32,000 nucleotides of DNA from the NCBI GenBank assembly GCA_041662745.1, contig JBAZRV010000005.1, forward strand, positions 74,316 through 106,315, written 5' to 3'. Shown piece by piece: positions 7,366-16,170 of the stretch; the first letter of the stretch is position 1; every line of letters starts with the position of its first letter. The notes below the pieces were generated by a model. It made no database searches, had not been told where the DNA came from, and saw only the letters and a program-made list of their open reading frames with translations. Source of the stretch: Patescibacteria group bacterium (GTDB lineage Bacteria > Patescibacteriota > Patescibacteriia > 2-01-FULL-39-33). The position numbers and the translations under genes are program-made.

Positions 7366-9927
7366 TCATTTCAAATATTTTCTTAAATAATCACCGGTCA
7401 AGCAATCTTTCGCGCCGGTAAGCTGTTCGGGCGTACCCTTGGCTACGACTTTACCGCCATTATCCCCGCCTTCCGGTCCCAGATCAATCACCCAGTCCGC
7501 TTCTTTGATGATATGCATGTTGTGTTCAATCAAAACGACACTATTACCCTTATCAATTAATTTATTTAAAGCTTTAAGCAATAATTCAATATCATGGTAA
7601 TGCAAACCGACCGAGGGCTCGTCCAATAAGTATAAAGTTTTAGCGCCCAAGGTGTGCGTCAATTCGCGAGCCAACTTAATTCTTTGCGCTTCACCGCCGG
7701 ACAGGGTGGTGGCTGACTGGCCTAATTGCAGATAACCCAATCCGACTTCTTGCAAAACCTTAAGTTTGTCGGTAATCAGATATTGGCCGTCAAAATAATC
7801 AATTGCTTCGTCAATCGTCAATTGTAGAACTTCGGCGATGTTTTTGTTCTTATATTTGACCTGCAATGTCTCGCGGTTGAATCTTCTGCTACGGCAAACC
7901 TCGCATTCCACCAGCACGGCCGGCAAGAAATGCATTTCAATCAGATTGAATCCGGCGCCGTCGCAAGACTCGCAACGTCCGCCCGGACGATTGAAAGAAA
8001 AGCGCGAAGCAGTGTAAGCGCGTTCGCGGCTGGCCGGCAGCTGGGCAAAAAATTCGCGAATCGGCGTAAAAATTCCGGTATAGGTGGCGGGGTTGCTTCG
8101 CGGCGTCCGGCCGATAGGCGACTGATTTACGATAATCACCTTGTTAATGTATTCGCTGCCGATAATTTTGGCCACACCCCTGATTTCTTTCCGAAAACCG
8201 TGCTTGATTTTCAGTAGATTTTCATATAGGGCATCATAAAGCAGGGTGGACTTGCCGCTGCCGGACACGCCGGTAATGGCAATGAATTTCCGCAAGGGAA
8301 ACTCCACATCAATACTTTTCAAGTTATTGATCTTGGCGCCGATAACCTTGATGGCTTCAGCTTCCTTAAGGCGGCGGCTGCGATCCAGGTTGATTTCTTT
8401 CTCCCCGCGCAAATATTGCAATGTCAAAGAATCGGGGTAATCTTTGCCCTTAAGCAGTTTTTTGGTTTCCCCGACGGCCGTCACTTCCCCGCCGTGGCGT
8501 CCCGCCAAAGGTCCCAAATCTACCAGATAATCCGAGGCCATAATCGTCCGCTCATCATGTTCCACCACGATAACGGTATTATTCTGATCCCGCAATGATT
8601 TTAGGGTTTCAATCAGTTTCTCCGTATCCCTTTCATGCAGGCCGATAGTCGGCTCGTCAAGAACATACAGGGTATGGGACAAATGCGAACCGATCTGGGA
8701 AGCCAGGCGGATTCTCTGAGCCTCGCCGCCTGATAGCGTCTCAGCCTCGCGATCCAGCGTCAAATAATTCAAACCGACCTTAAGCAAGAAATCCAAACGG
8801 GCGCTGATTTCATAAACTACGGTTTCGCCGATAGTCTTCTGACGTTCAGTCATTTTGTTGTAATATTCGGAAAAAAACTTCTGGGCTTTATCCAGAGACA
8901 ACGCCGAGGTCTCGGCGATATTTTTGCCGTTGACCCGCACCGACAAGGCATTTTCATTCAAGCGCAAGCCATGGCAAGTCAGGCACTCCTCCACGATGCG
9001 TTCGTATTTGTTGCCGTCATCATCTTCGTCGGTTTTTTCCCTTTCCACCCATTTTTCTTTCCGGCCCAAACCGTGGCATTCGGGGCAGGCGCCATGCGGA
9101 CTATTGAATGAGAACAGGCGCGGCTCCACTTCAGGGAAGGCAAAACCGTCATTGGGGCACGTCCAATTGGAAGACAAGAGGATCTCCGCCGGTTCTTTAT
9201 CTTTCTGATTAAAAATCACGCGCACCAAACCCTTGGCATGATCCAAGGCGCTTTCCACGGCTTCAGTCAAACGCGTTTCATCTGCTAATCTGACTTTATC
9301 AATAACAATATCAATGGAATGTTTTTTGTTCTTGCTCAGTTCAATACGTTCGCGTAAAGAATTAATTTTGCCATCCACGCGCGCCTCGCCAAAACCCAGG
9401 GCCAAAAAATCATACAGCATCTGATAATATTCCCCTTTCCTATCCACCACCACCGGCGATAAAATCATAATATTATCCGCGCCCGACTCTTCGGCTTTGT
9501 TTTTGATGATTTCTATCATCTCATCCAAAGACATCTTAGCGATCTTAGTGCCGCAAACCGGGCAAAATACTTCGCCCAAGCGGGCATACAGGACCCGCAG
9601 GTAATCGTAAATCTCGGTCAAGGTGCCCACGGTGGAACGGGGGTTATGCGACAGGGCTTTCTGGTCAATACTGATAGCCGGCGCCAAGCCGACAATTTCG
9701 TCCACATCAGCCGGCTTCATTTGGCCCAAAAACTGCCGGGCATAAGGCGACAGCGATTCAATATAACGCCTTTGGCCTTCGGCAAAAATCGTATCAAAAG
9801 CCAGCGACGATTTGCCGCTGCCGGACACGCCGGTCATGACCGTCAACTTGTTATGCGGTATTTCCAACGAAATATTCTTTAAATTGTGCACCCGCGCGTT
9901 GCGGATAATTATCTTATCTTCAGTCAT
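7366..9927 (-). CDS. uvrA: excinuclease ABC subunit A (UvrA), short form lacking most of the insertion domain
   Basis: 853 aa. Two Walker A motifs ([18 protein letters not shown]), two ABC signatures (LSGGEAQRI x2) and C-terminal zinc finger CESCDGAGF...CEVCRSRRF. Strong end-to-end UvrA similarity as recalled from E. coli UvrA. Confidence 0.95.
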   Translation of the reverse strand: MTEDKIIIRNARVHNLKNISLEIPHNKLTVMTGVSGSGKSSLAFDTIFAEGQRRYIESLSPYARQFLGQMKPADVDEIVGLAPAISIDQKALSHNPRSTVGTLTEIYDYLRVLYARLGEVFCPVCGTKIAKMSLDEMIEIIKNKAEESGADNIMILSPVVVDRKGEYYQMLYDFLALGFGEARVDGKINSLRERIELSKNKKHSIDIVIDKVRLADETRLTEAVESALDHAKGLVRVIFNQKDKEPAEILLSSNWTCPNDGFAFPEVEPRLFSFNSPHGACPECHGLGRKEKWVEREKTDEDDDGNKYERIVEECLTCHGLRLNENALSVRVNGKNIAETSALSLDKAQKFFSEYYNKMTERQKTIGETVVYEISARLDFLLKVGLNYLTLDREAETLSGGEAQRIRLASQIGSHLSHTLYVLDEPTIGLHERDTEKLIETLKSLRDQNNTVIVVEHDERTIMASDYLVDLGPLAGRHGGEVTAVGETKKLLKGKDYPDSLTLQYLRGEKEINLDRSRRLKEAEAIKVIGAKINNLKSIDVEFPLRKFIAITGVSGSGKSTLLYDALYENLLKIKHGFRKEIRGVAKIIGSEYINKVIIVNQSPIGRTPRSNPATYTGIFTPIREFFAQLPASRERAYTASRFSFNRPGGRCESCDGAGFNLIEMHFLPAVLVECEVCRSRRFNRETLQVKYKNKNIAEVLQLTIDEAIDYFDGQYLITDKLKVLQEVGLGYLQLGQSATTLSGGEAQRIKLARELTHTLGAKTLYLLDEPSVGLHYHDIELLLKALNKLIDKGNSVVLIEHNMHIIKEADWVIDLGPEGGDNGGKVVAKGTPEQLTGAKDCLTGDYLRKYLK

Positions 9928-9949
9928 TTTTTTAAATTATTTTTTTACG

Positions 9950-10765
9950 CTACGTCAACGGGCTTTTGATATTCCTGATGCTCGGATTAGTAACATGAGT
10001 ATAAATTTGCGTGGTGCGGATATTCTGATGCCCCAAAAGTTCTTGCACATAACGAACATCAGTGCTGTTTTCTAACAAGTGGGTGGCGAAACTGTGGCGC
10101 AAACTGTGAAAAGTTGCTTCCTTCTTGATGCTTGACTTTTCAAGCACTTTGGCAAAAATCGCCTGTAAAGTTCTTTCCGTCAATTTTCCGCCACGTTCAC
10201 TCTCAAACAGATAGTCATTGCCCGAGCGATCACTGATAAGCGCGGCTAATTTACTTTTAATTTTTTCCGGAACAATCGTCAAGCGATCCTTTCGTCCCTT
10301 GCCCTGATCCACCTTAAGCGTCAACTCATTAAGAAAAACGTCTTTGATTCTTAAATTAACTGCCTCACTGACTCTAAGTCCGGCGCCATAAGACAAAGCC
10401 AAAATTAGCTTATGTTTCTCATTATCGGTGTTGCTTATCATCAGATTTATTTCCTCCCGGCTCAAAACCACCGGCAACCGCTTATTTTTTTTGGCTAATT
10501 TAAAATCAATATGTTGAGGCTTTTTTAGAATTTCGCGATAAAAAAACTTAATAGCGTTAAGGCACAAGTTGATCGTCTGAGGGGAATAGCCTTTTTCCTG
10601 CTTGATTAAAATAAACTCTTTAATTTTAGCGGAATCCGCCGCCATGGGGTTGTCATTTACAAAACATAGAAAGTCATTCAGATAATGAATATAACTATTG
10701 ATGGTCTTTCGGCTGTAGTTCCTGATTTTTAGCTCAATTATTGTTTTATCCGAATAACTTTGCAT
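9950..10765 (-). CDS. tyrosine recombinase, XerC/XerD family
   Basis: Start moved to ATG 10765 ([25 protein letters not shown]...). The upstream part of the track ORF is promoter/dif-like DNA. Catalytic residues are in the expected context: [34 protein letters not shown]. Confidence 0.88.
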   Translation of the reverse strand: MQSYSDKTIIELKIRNYSRKTINSYIHYLNDFLCFVNDNPMAADSAKIKEFILIKQEKGYSPQTINLCLNAIKFFYREILKKPQHIDFKLAKKNKRLPVVLSREEINLMISNTDNEKHKLILALSYGAGLRVSEAVNLRIKDVFLNELTLKVDQGKGRKDRLTIVPEKIKSKLAALISDRSGNDYLFESERGGKLTERTLQAIFAKVLEKSSIKKEATFHSLRHSFATHLLENSTDVRYVQELLGHQNIRTTQIYTHVTNPSIRNIKSPLT

Positions 10766-10853
10766 AAATAGGGTAAAAAGGCTATAATTTATATGTAAAT
10801 TGATTATATCAACTATTCGTAAAATAATCAATATCCACACATTATACGAAAAC

Positions 10854-10882
10854 AATTCGCATAAGCGCTAGTTATGTGAAAT
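10854..10882. other. dif-like Xer recombination site candidate
   Basis: AATTCGCATAA-GCGCTAG-TTATGTGAAAT. The arms form a 9/11 inverted repeat. They match the E. coli dif arms GGTGCGCATAA and TTATGTTAAAT at 8/11 and 10/11. An extra arm copy, TTATACGAA, lies at 10842-10850. Confidence 0.55.
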
Positions 10883-10916
10883 CTTAAAAAAACAAACTTT
10901 TTATTAATTTAAACTT

Positions 10917-11225
10917 ATGAAACCGTGGTTTAAAAATGGCTGCTGGGGAGTAGCCGTCGCGACGATCTTAGCTTTAGCCTCATGGATAATTTGTATTATT
11001 GTTTATGCCCCTGATTTTAAATATTGGGCACAACCGCTTTGGTTATTCTTTTCATTTCCCGGGGCAATCATTATCGGAGTCGCTATGTTTCTGATGTTTG
11101 ACTACTATCCCCCGCGCATAATAGATTCATTTTCATTAATTTTAAGTACGGCTATTTCAATGGGAATTTATTTCTTATTTGGCCTCTTTGTTGGTTGGAT
11201 AATTAAAAAAATAAAAACATGGTAA
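10917..11225 (+). CDS. hypothetical integral membrane protein (3 predicted TM)
   Basis: 102-aa ORF, strongly hydrophobic (GVAVATILALASWIICIIVY, FPGAIIIGVAMFLMF, ISMGIYFLFGLFVGWII). No family recognised. Confidence 0.6.
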   Translation: MKPWFKNGCWGVAVATILALASWIICIIVYAPDFKYWAQPLWLFFSFPGAIIIGVAMFLMFDYYPPRIIDSFSLILSTAISMGIYFLFGLFVGWIIKKIKTW

Positions 11226-11308
11226 ATATCGGGATTATAATTTTAGTTATCTTGATAGTGGCCGGCGCAATAATTATGGGTATGAGGGAAGATAAGCATA
11301 ACCCATAA
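11219..11308 (+). CDS. possible 29-aa single-TM micro-protein
   Basis: The ATG overlaps the upstream stop (ATGgTAA). Sequence MVNIGIIILVILIVAGAIIMGMREDKHNP. Below the track size cutoff and supported only by coupling and hydrophobicity. Confidence 0.35.
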   Translation: MVNIGIIILVILIVAGAIIMGMREDKHNP

Positions 11309-11381
11309 AATACTAAAACACGTCGGCAACATTGGCAAAATCAACAAGATGGATTGACACAGATCATCGTTCCGCCTTGTC

Positions 11382-11410
11382 TTGACTTTTTTACTTCTCT
11401 TGGCTATAAT
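11382..11410 (+). promoter_or_regulatory. near-consensus sigma70 promoter inside the islet
   Basis: TTGACT (11382-11387), 17 nt, TATAAT (11405-11410). About 90 nt upstream of the SD-led ATG at 11499. Confidence 0.7.
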
Positions 11411-11498
11411 AAATAATCAGAGCAAAAAGAACCTTAAAATCCAAATAACCCATGGTAAGCGACTTTTTAGATCAATGCCACATGGAAGGAGGTTAATA

Positions 11499-11948
11499 AT
11501 GAACTCCAAGATTTTCAAAAAGCCGTATATCAAAGTGGAAATCACCGACACTGCCGTGTCGGGCAGTATGTTGTTTAGAAAACTGGGATCATGGTGCGAG
11601 GCGGAATCGTCGGTTCTAATGTGGGAAACAACCTACGAAGAAGCGCCCCTGCAACAATACTTTGCCACTACGGGAAGCAATGCGGGGAAAAAAACTGATA
11701 CTGCCGGCGGTAATTGGAGAATTGAATTCCAATTTGTCCGAGTCAACACTGGCGCTGAAAGAGGGTTTTTTGATGGCGCGATTATCATTGCCGGATTCAT
11801 CAAGAACACTTTGGAAGCGACCAACGATGAATCGCAACCGGCTTATTTATTATCAATTAATTCCCGATCATTGAAGGGCGAGCAAACATTCTTATCCGCC
11901 CCCGATCTCTGGAAGACGCTCACTAATTTGGGAGTGAAAAAAACTTAG
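11499..11948 (+). CDS. hypothetical protein (149 aa)
   Basis: Start placed at ATG 11499, preceded by GGAAGGAGG with a 6-nt spacer. The track start at 11382 would include the promoter. No recognisable domain. Confidence 0.65.
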   Translation: MNSKIFKKPYIKVEITDTAVSGSMLFRKLGSWCEAESSVLMWETTYEEAPLQQYFATTGSNAGKKTDTAGGNWRIEFQFVRVNTGAERGFFDGAIIIAGFIKNTLEATNDESQPAYLLSINSRSLKGEQTFLSAPDLWKTLTNLGVKKT

Positions 11949-12169
11949 GACATTTTTGAATCAAAAAGAGGAGAATTATACCCGAATCATTGCTAAAAAT
12001 ACGGGGGCAATAATATTCAATTCGTGGAATACCCTCATGATCATCCTAATTACTATGATAGCATCAGTGAAATCCATTGCCAGAATTGCGACCGACGTTT
12101 CGGCCGTTGGTCAGGCAAAGAATTAAAAGAAGGCGAATGCGAGAAACCTTATAGTAAGGAGAATTAAAC

Positions 12170-12460
12170 ATGACTAAAAAAAGGTTCATTGAACTGCATG
12201 GCCAATCTGCTTGGGACCTGCTAGTGGAGACGATTGAACCGCCGTTTGCCTGGATGAAAAAATTTATGCCCAGTGACGACAAAATGTCAGAACGCGGTCA
12301 CAAAACCGTTATGCGGCTTCTTGAACGGCTCGGCATAGTCGAAGCAACTGGCCTTAATGAGGCTGAACAAAAATCATGCGAAAAAGACTTAGAAATTGCC
12401 CGATTAGAAAAAGAAATAAAGAAATTGCGAAAACAACTTGAGCAAGGTGACCGACTATGA
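12170..12460 (+). CDS. hypothetical protein with C-terminal coiled coil (96 aa)
   Basis: ATG preceded by AAGGAG with an 8-nt spacer. C-terminus DLEIARLEKEIKKLRKQLEQ. No family recognised. Confidence 0.65.
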   Translation: MTKKRFIELHGQSAWDLLVETIEPPFAWMKKFMPSDDKMSERGHKTVMRLLERLGIVEATGLNEAEQKSCEKDLEIARLEKEIKKLRKQLEQGDRL

Positions 12461-12530
12461 CTAAAACTCAATTTGAAGTCCAAAGATGGCAATACTTTAA
12501 TCAATATAACAACCAAGGAGGACTCTAATT

Positions 12531-12722
12531 GTGAGTAAACCGAGATACACTCAATGGATAGATGGCGAGGGTTGGACAGGAATTACTCGGAAAATCCAGG
12601 GCCGGCCAGATGTTGCTATTGGTGTCATAACCGGCGCCTGCCATTCTATAAAAGACTTAATCAAAATGTTACAAGAAGCCTATAAAATGGGGTTAGCGGA
12701 TGGAAAAAAATTAAGACAATAA
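12531..12722 (+). CDS. hypothetical protein (63 aa)
   Basis: GTG start preceded by AAGGAGG with a 9-nt spacer. Followed by a strong terminator. Confidence 0.55.
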   Translation: MSKPRYTQWIDGEGWTGITRKIQGRPDVAIGVITGACHSIKDLIKMLQEAYKMGLADGKKLRQ

Positions 12723-12733
12723 GCACTTTAACC

Positions 12734-12760
12734 AAACACGGCACCCCTGCCGTGTTTTTT
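12734..12760 (+). terminator. rho-independent terminator ending the islet (shared with convergent cysS)
   Basis: AAACACGGCA-cccc-TGCCGTGTTT followed by TTTTTT. Confidence 0.85.
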
Positions 12761-12762
12761 GC

Positions 12763-14175
12763 TTAGATTTTTTTTAATTTATAATCATCCTTACTGTCTT
12801 CCATTTGCCAACCGGCTTGCAAGAGTTCATCACGCAAACGATCCGACTCGGCCCAATTCTTGGTTTGTCGAGCCTGCCAACGCGCTTCGGCTAAAGTTTT
12901 TATTTCAGCGGGAATTTCTTCCGCTCTAAGTTGCGATAAATTCAAGCCCAAAACTTGATCAAAATCAATTATGGTCGCATATTTTTCCGCATCAGGCAAA
13001 TCAGCCTTGAGTATTTCCCAAACCAATGCTAAGGCTTGGGGAATATTAAAATCATCTTCCAGGGCGGCGATGAACTTATTTTTAAATAATTCCTCCGTTC
13101 GCCCGCCATCCGGCTGGTTCGGTCGGAATGACAATAATTGCAAGCGTAAATTATTTAATGCGGATTGGGCGGCATCAAGCGCCTCCCAAGTAAAATTTTG
13201 CTTACTGCGATAATGCGCGCCCAAGAAAAAATAACGCAAGACCAGCGGATCATACCCTTTGGCCTTGATATCGGTTACCGAATAAGCCGTACCGTCGGAT
13301 TTTGACATCTTGCCGCCGTCAACATTAAGATGTTCATTATGCAACCAATAATCCACGAACTTTTGGCCGGAAAAGGCCTCGCTCTGAGCAATCTCGTTGG
13401 TATGATGCACGGGCACGTGCTCAATACCGCCCATATGCAAATCAATCGTTGGACCGAAAATCTTATAGTTCATAGCCGAACATTCCAAATGCCAGCCGGG
13501 GAAACCCTCCCCTTTAATTGTTTTACCCTGAACACGAAATTTGTACGGCCAAGTTTGTAAGGCATTTTCATGCGCGCCCGCCTTAAAAAACCATACGGCA
13601 AAGTCAGCCGAATTCCTTTTTCCCGGATCGCCCACTTCGCCCTTGCCGGCCTCAGCCTGATTTTCTTCCAATTTCTGGCCGGACAACCTGGTGTAGTCCC
13701 GGGCCTTGGCAATATCAAAATAAATCGCCAAATCGGTGACATAAGCATAATCCTTATCCAGAAAAACCTGCACCATTTTTTGCATTTGCTTGATATACTC
13801 CGTGGCCCGCGGTTTATAGTCGGGGGGCAAACAATTCAAATCAGCCACATCAGCTTCAAATTGCGCGATGTATTTATCAGCTATCTGCTTCGGCGTTAGG
13901 CCTTCGCGTCTGGCCGCCTTAATCATCTTGTCTTCGCCCTCATCCTCATCGCTGGTCAAATGGCCGACATCGGTATAATTCCGGGCAAACTTCACTTTGT
14001 AACCAAGATAGGCAAGCGACCGGCGAATCAAGTCGGCCAGCACCATGGCGCGCATATTGCCGAGATGCTGAATCCAATAAACAGTCGGCCCGCATTGGTA
14101 GAAAGTGACTTCTTTCTTTTTAAGCGGCTTAAAATCCTCTTGTTTTTTACTTAAGGTGTTGAAAATCTTTAACAT
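12763..14175 (-). CDS. cysS: cysteine--tRNA ligase
   Basis: HIGH-type motif (HLGN), KMSKS motif (GGKMSKSDG) and a typical CysRS N-terminus MLKIFNTLSKKQEDFKP when started at ATG 14175. Alternative upstream starts are ATG 14238 and TTG 14244 (the track start). Confidence 0.92.
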   Translation of the reverse strand: MLKIFNTLSKKQEDFKPLKKKEVTFYQCGPTVYWIQHLGNMRAMVLADLIRRSLAYLGYKVKFARNYTDVGHLTSDEDEGEDKMIKAARREGLTPKQIADKYIAQFEADVADLNCLPPDYKPRATEYIKQMQKMVQVFLDKDYAYVTDLAIYFDIAKARDYTRLSGQKLEENQAEAGKGEVGDPGKRNSADFAVWFFKAGAHENALQTWPYKFRVQGKTIKGEGFPGWHLECSAMNYKIFGPTIDLHMGGIEHVPVHHTNEIAQSEAFSGQKFVDYWLHNEHLNVDGGKMSKSDGTAYSVTDIKAKGYDPLVLRYFFLGAHYRSKQNFTWEALDAAQSALNNLRLQLLSFRPNQPDGGRTEELFKNKFIAALEDDFNIPQALALVWEILKADLPDAEKYATIIDFDQVLGLNLSQLRAEEIPAEIKTLAEARWQARQTKNWAESDRLRDELLQAGWQMEDSKDDYKLKKI

Positions 14176-14382
14176 AGATTTCTTTGCCGCTTTTTCTAGA
14201 AAAATCGGCTGAAAAAGTCGCGACCGGTCATAAATCATGGCCAAATTTTACACTTCACTCACTAAAATTTTCTGACGCTACGCTTGCGAAAATTTTTAGC
14301 GTTCGCTTTCGTATAAAATTAGCACAAGATTTATTTATAGTCGCATTTTAAATGCTAATAATAAATACAATAATTAATAAAA

Positions 14383-14835
14383 CTATTCAATTCTTACTTC
14401 ATCACCTGCCCTAATCCCGTGGCTGGCGACGAAACCGGCGTTGGCCTCTAATACCATATTTACCGGGCCGGGCGAAGCATAAAGCTCAGTTGGTCGCTCC
14501 CCTGCCGGCGGCAGATTCTCACTGGCGCCGACGACCTGATTATCTTTTAACCAAATGATATCCAAAGGAAAATTCATATCTTTCATCCAAAAACTGCGAG
14601 CGGACGGAGCGTTATAGACAAACAACATGCCACAATCGGCGCACAAGGACCGGCGATCGGATAAACCCTTGATTTTATCCGCTTCGGTCGTTACCAATTC
14701 CACTTTGATTTTTTTCTCGCCGAAATAAACATGTTTATCAGCTTTATCGGCCGTCTTAATGGCAGTACAGCCGGTTAGCAACAAACCGGAAAACAAGGCG
14801 AACGACAAAATTAAGCTTTTTTTGATTTGACCCAT
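14383..14835 (-). CDS. DUF192-family lipoprotein
   Basis: Start moved to ATG 14835 (MGQIKKSLILSFALFSGLLLTGC, lipobox LTGC). DUF192-like core MLFVY...FWMKDMNFPLDIIWL. Overlaps the upstream gene by 25 nt. Confidence 0.75.
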   Translation of the reverse strand: MGQIKKSLILSFALFSGLLLTGCTAIKTADKADKHVYFGEKKIKVELVTTEADKIKGLSDRRSLCADCGMLFVYNAPSARSFWMKDMNFPLDIIWLKDNQVVGASENLPPAGERPTELYASPGPVNMVLEANAGFVASHGIRAGDEVRIE

Positions 14836-15863
14836 AAGGCGACGGAAATTATTGCCATAACCAAAACCAAACAAATAATCAATATCATTTTACCAGAACT
14901 GGTTGAAATAATTCCCAAGGAGCCAAAGGCCAGGGCGATCAGCCACAAGAGCCAAACCGCCTGGGTGTGCGATAAGCCCAAGCCGAGCAAGCGGTAATGC
15001 AAGTGATTGCGATCGCCGGCGAACGGCGATTTGCCGGAAATTAAGCGACGTATAATCACCAGCAGAACATCCAGGGCCGGCAAACCCATCACCAGTAGCG
15101 TAGTAATGATTTTTGAGCCGGAAACAATGGAGAGCACCCCCAACAAAAATCCGATGAATACGGAACCGCCCTCGCCCAAAAAAATTGAGGCCGGGCGCCA
15201 ATTGTAAATCAAAAAACCGAGCGCTGCCCCCAAAAGCAACAAGGCCCAAATGCCTGTCGCCGACAACGGCGCATCCCAACGCAAAGAAACCAAAAAAATA
15301 AACAACGCGGCAATAGTGGCGATGCCGGCCACCAAACCGTCCAAACCGTCCAAAAACTTAGTGGTATAGGCCATGCCCAAGAGCCAAAAAAACACGATGG
15401 CTATGCCCAAATACTTGCCAATAAACAAAACGGCTCCGGATTGGCTTAAGGGATTGGTGATAAAAGCTATATGCAGCCCCGACAATAAAACAACGATAAC
15501 GGCGAAGACAGGGAAAAATATTTGCTGTTGCGGTTTAAGGCTGTATTTATCGTCAATCGTGCCGCCGATCATCAATATCAAACAAGCAAGAAAAATGCCC
15601 CAGAGCAAGCAATCGTTAATCAAAGAAAAATCCGCCAAATTAAAAAATCTAAAAATAAAAACACCGGCAAAAACCGATAAAAATATCGCCCACCCGCCCA
15701 TGAAAGGCACCGGATTCTGATGGATCTTGCGTTCGGCCGCCTGCGGTTTATCCATAATATCAAAACGCCGGGCCACCAATTTGACTAACGGGGTCAAACC
15801 GACGGCCAACAAAAAAGACAGCAAAATAGCGCCAAAATAAATGATGGGATCATTGTCATTCAT
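14811..15863 (-). CDS. glycosyltransferase family 4, WecA/TagO-like polyprenyl-phosphate HexNAc-1-phosphate transferase
   Basis: Polytopic membrane protein with motifs TIDDKYSL, FLDGLDGLVAG, DRNHLHYRLL and IFLGEGGSVFIGF. ATG 15863 is preferred (TATAAT lies 6 nt upstream). The track start is TTG 15878. Confidence 0.85.
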   Translation of the reverse strand: MNDNDPIIYFGAILLSFLLAVGLTPLVKLVARRFDIMDKPQAAERKIHQNPVPFMGGWAIFLSVFAGVFIFRFFNLADFSLINDCLLWGIFLACLILMIGGTIDDKYSLKPQQQIFFPVFAVIVVLLSGLHIAFITNPLSQSGAVLFIGKYLGIAIVFFWLLGMAYTTKFLDGLDGLVAGIATIAALFIFLVSLRWDAPLSATGIWALLLLGAALGFLIYNWRPASIFLGEGGSVFIGFLLGVLSIVSGSKIITTLLVMGLPALDVLLVIIRRLISGKSPFAGDRNHLHYRLLGLGLSHTQAVWLLWLIALAFGSLGIISTSSGKMILIICLVLVMAIISVALWVKSKKA

Positions 15864-15900
15864 GCCATAATTATACAAAAATCTTGGCTAAAATTCAAGA

Positions 15901-15929
15901 AAAACAAAAGGACCGGCTGAACCGGTCCC
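15901..15929 (-). terminator. rho-independent terminator after the small zinc-ribbon gene
   Basis: Minus strand: GGGACCGG-ttcag-CCGGTCC followed by TTTTGTTTT. Confidence 0.8.
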
Positions 15930-15956
15930 GTTAAAGTGCTATTGTTGTAAATCGTT

Positions 15957-16169
15957 TTACTGTTCCGTTTCATCGGACGGGCAAGGCGGTGTTTCCACCG
16001 GCGGATCACCCAGTTTCAAGCCGCAGGACGGGCAACGCGATAAATAGCTATAAAATTCTGCATGGCATTGCGCGCATTTAACCTTGACGCCGACAAAAGA
16101 GATAAAGACGAAAAGCGCAAAAAAAATGCACAAGACTTCCATAACCGGCGTACAAATTGCCGGCCACAT
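15957..16169 (-). CDS. small membrane-anchored zinc-ribbon protein (70 aa)
   Basis: ATG 16169 preceded by AAGAGGAG with an 8-nt spacer. TM (VLCIFFALFVFISFVGV) followed by CAQC...17 aa...CPSC. The longer 101-aa track version has no ribosome-binding site. Confidence 0.6.
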   Translation of the reverse strand: MWPAICTPVMEVLCIFFALFVFISFVGVKVKCAQCHAEFYSYLSRCPSCGLKLGDPPVETPPCPSDETEQ

Positions 16170-16170
16170 G

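Noticed and set aside
10766-10855. N-terminal extension of the recombinase ORF (track start 10855, TTG)
   Set aside because: The extension is AT-rich and contains TATAAT boxes. It also overlaps the left-hand arm-motif copy (10842-10850) and the first 2 nt of the dif-like core. The conserved recombinase N-terminal domain starts at the ATG at 10765.
11114-11121. GCGCATAA, an exact match to the core of the E. coli XerC arm, as a possible second dif bounding an integrated element
   Set aside because: Only a half-site. The sequence 6-7 nt downstream (CATTTTCATTA) matches the TTATGTnAAAT arm at 3/11. It lies inside a coding region, and one 8-mer match is expected by chance in 32 kb.
11382-11498. 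Upstream part of track ORF 11382..11948
   Set aside because: The TTG 'start' is the -35 hexamer of a near-consensus promoter. A strong SD precedes the internal ATG at 11499.
9950-12722. Integron hypothesis (recombinase divergent from an array of small promoterless ORFs)
   Set aside because: The recombinase lacks the extra IntI-specific segment before the HxxR box. I found no attC-like sites (RYYYAAC...GTTRRRY imperfect palindromes) between the ORFs. The site next to the gene looks like dif, not attI.
14176-14382. T-box or other riboswitch leader upstream of cysS
   Set aside because: There is no T-box consensus (AATTAGGGTGGTACCGCG-like), specifier-loop architecture or terminator/antiterminator pair. 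The region is AT-rich with only a weak all-A/T stem.
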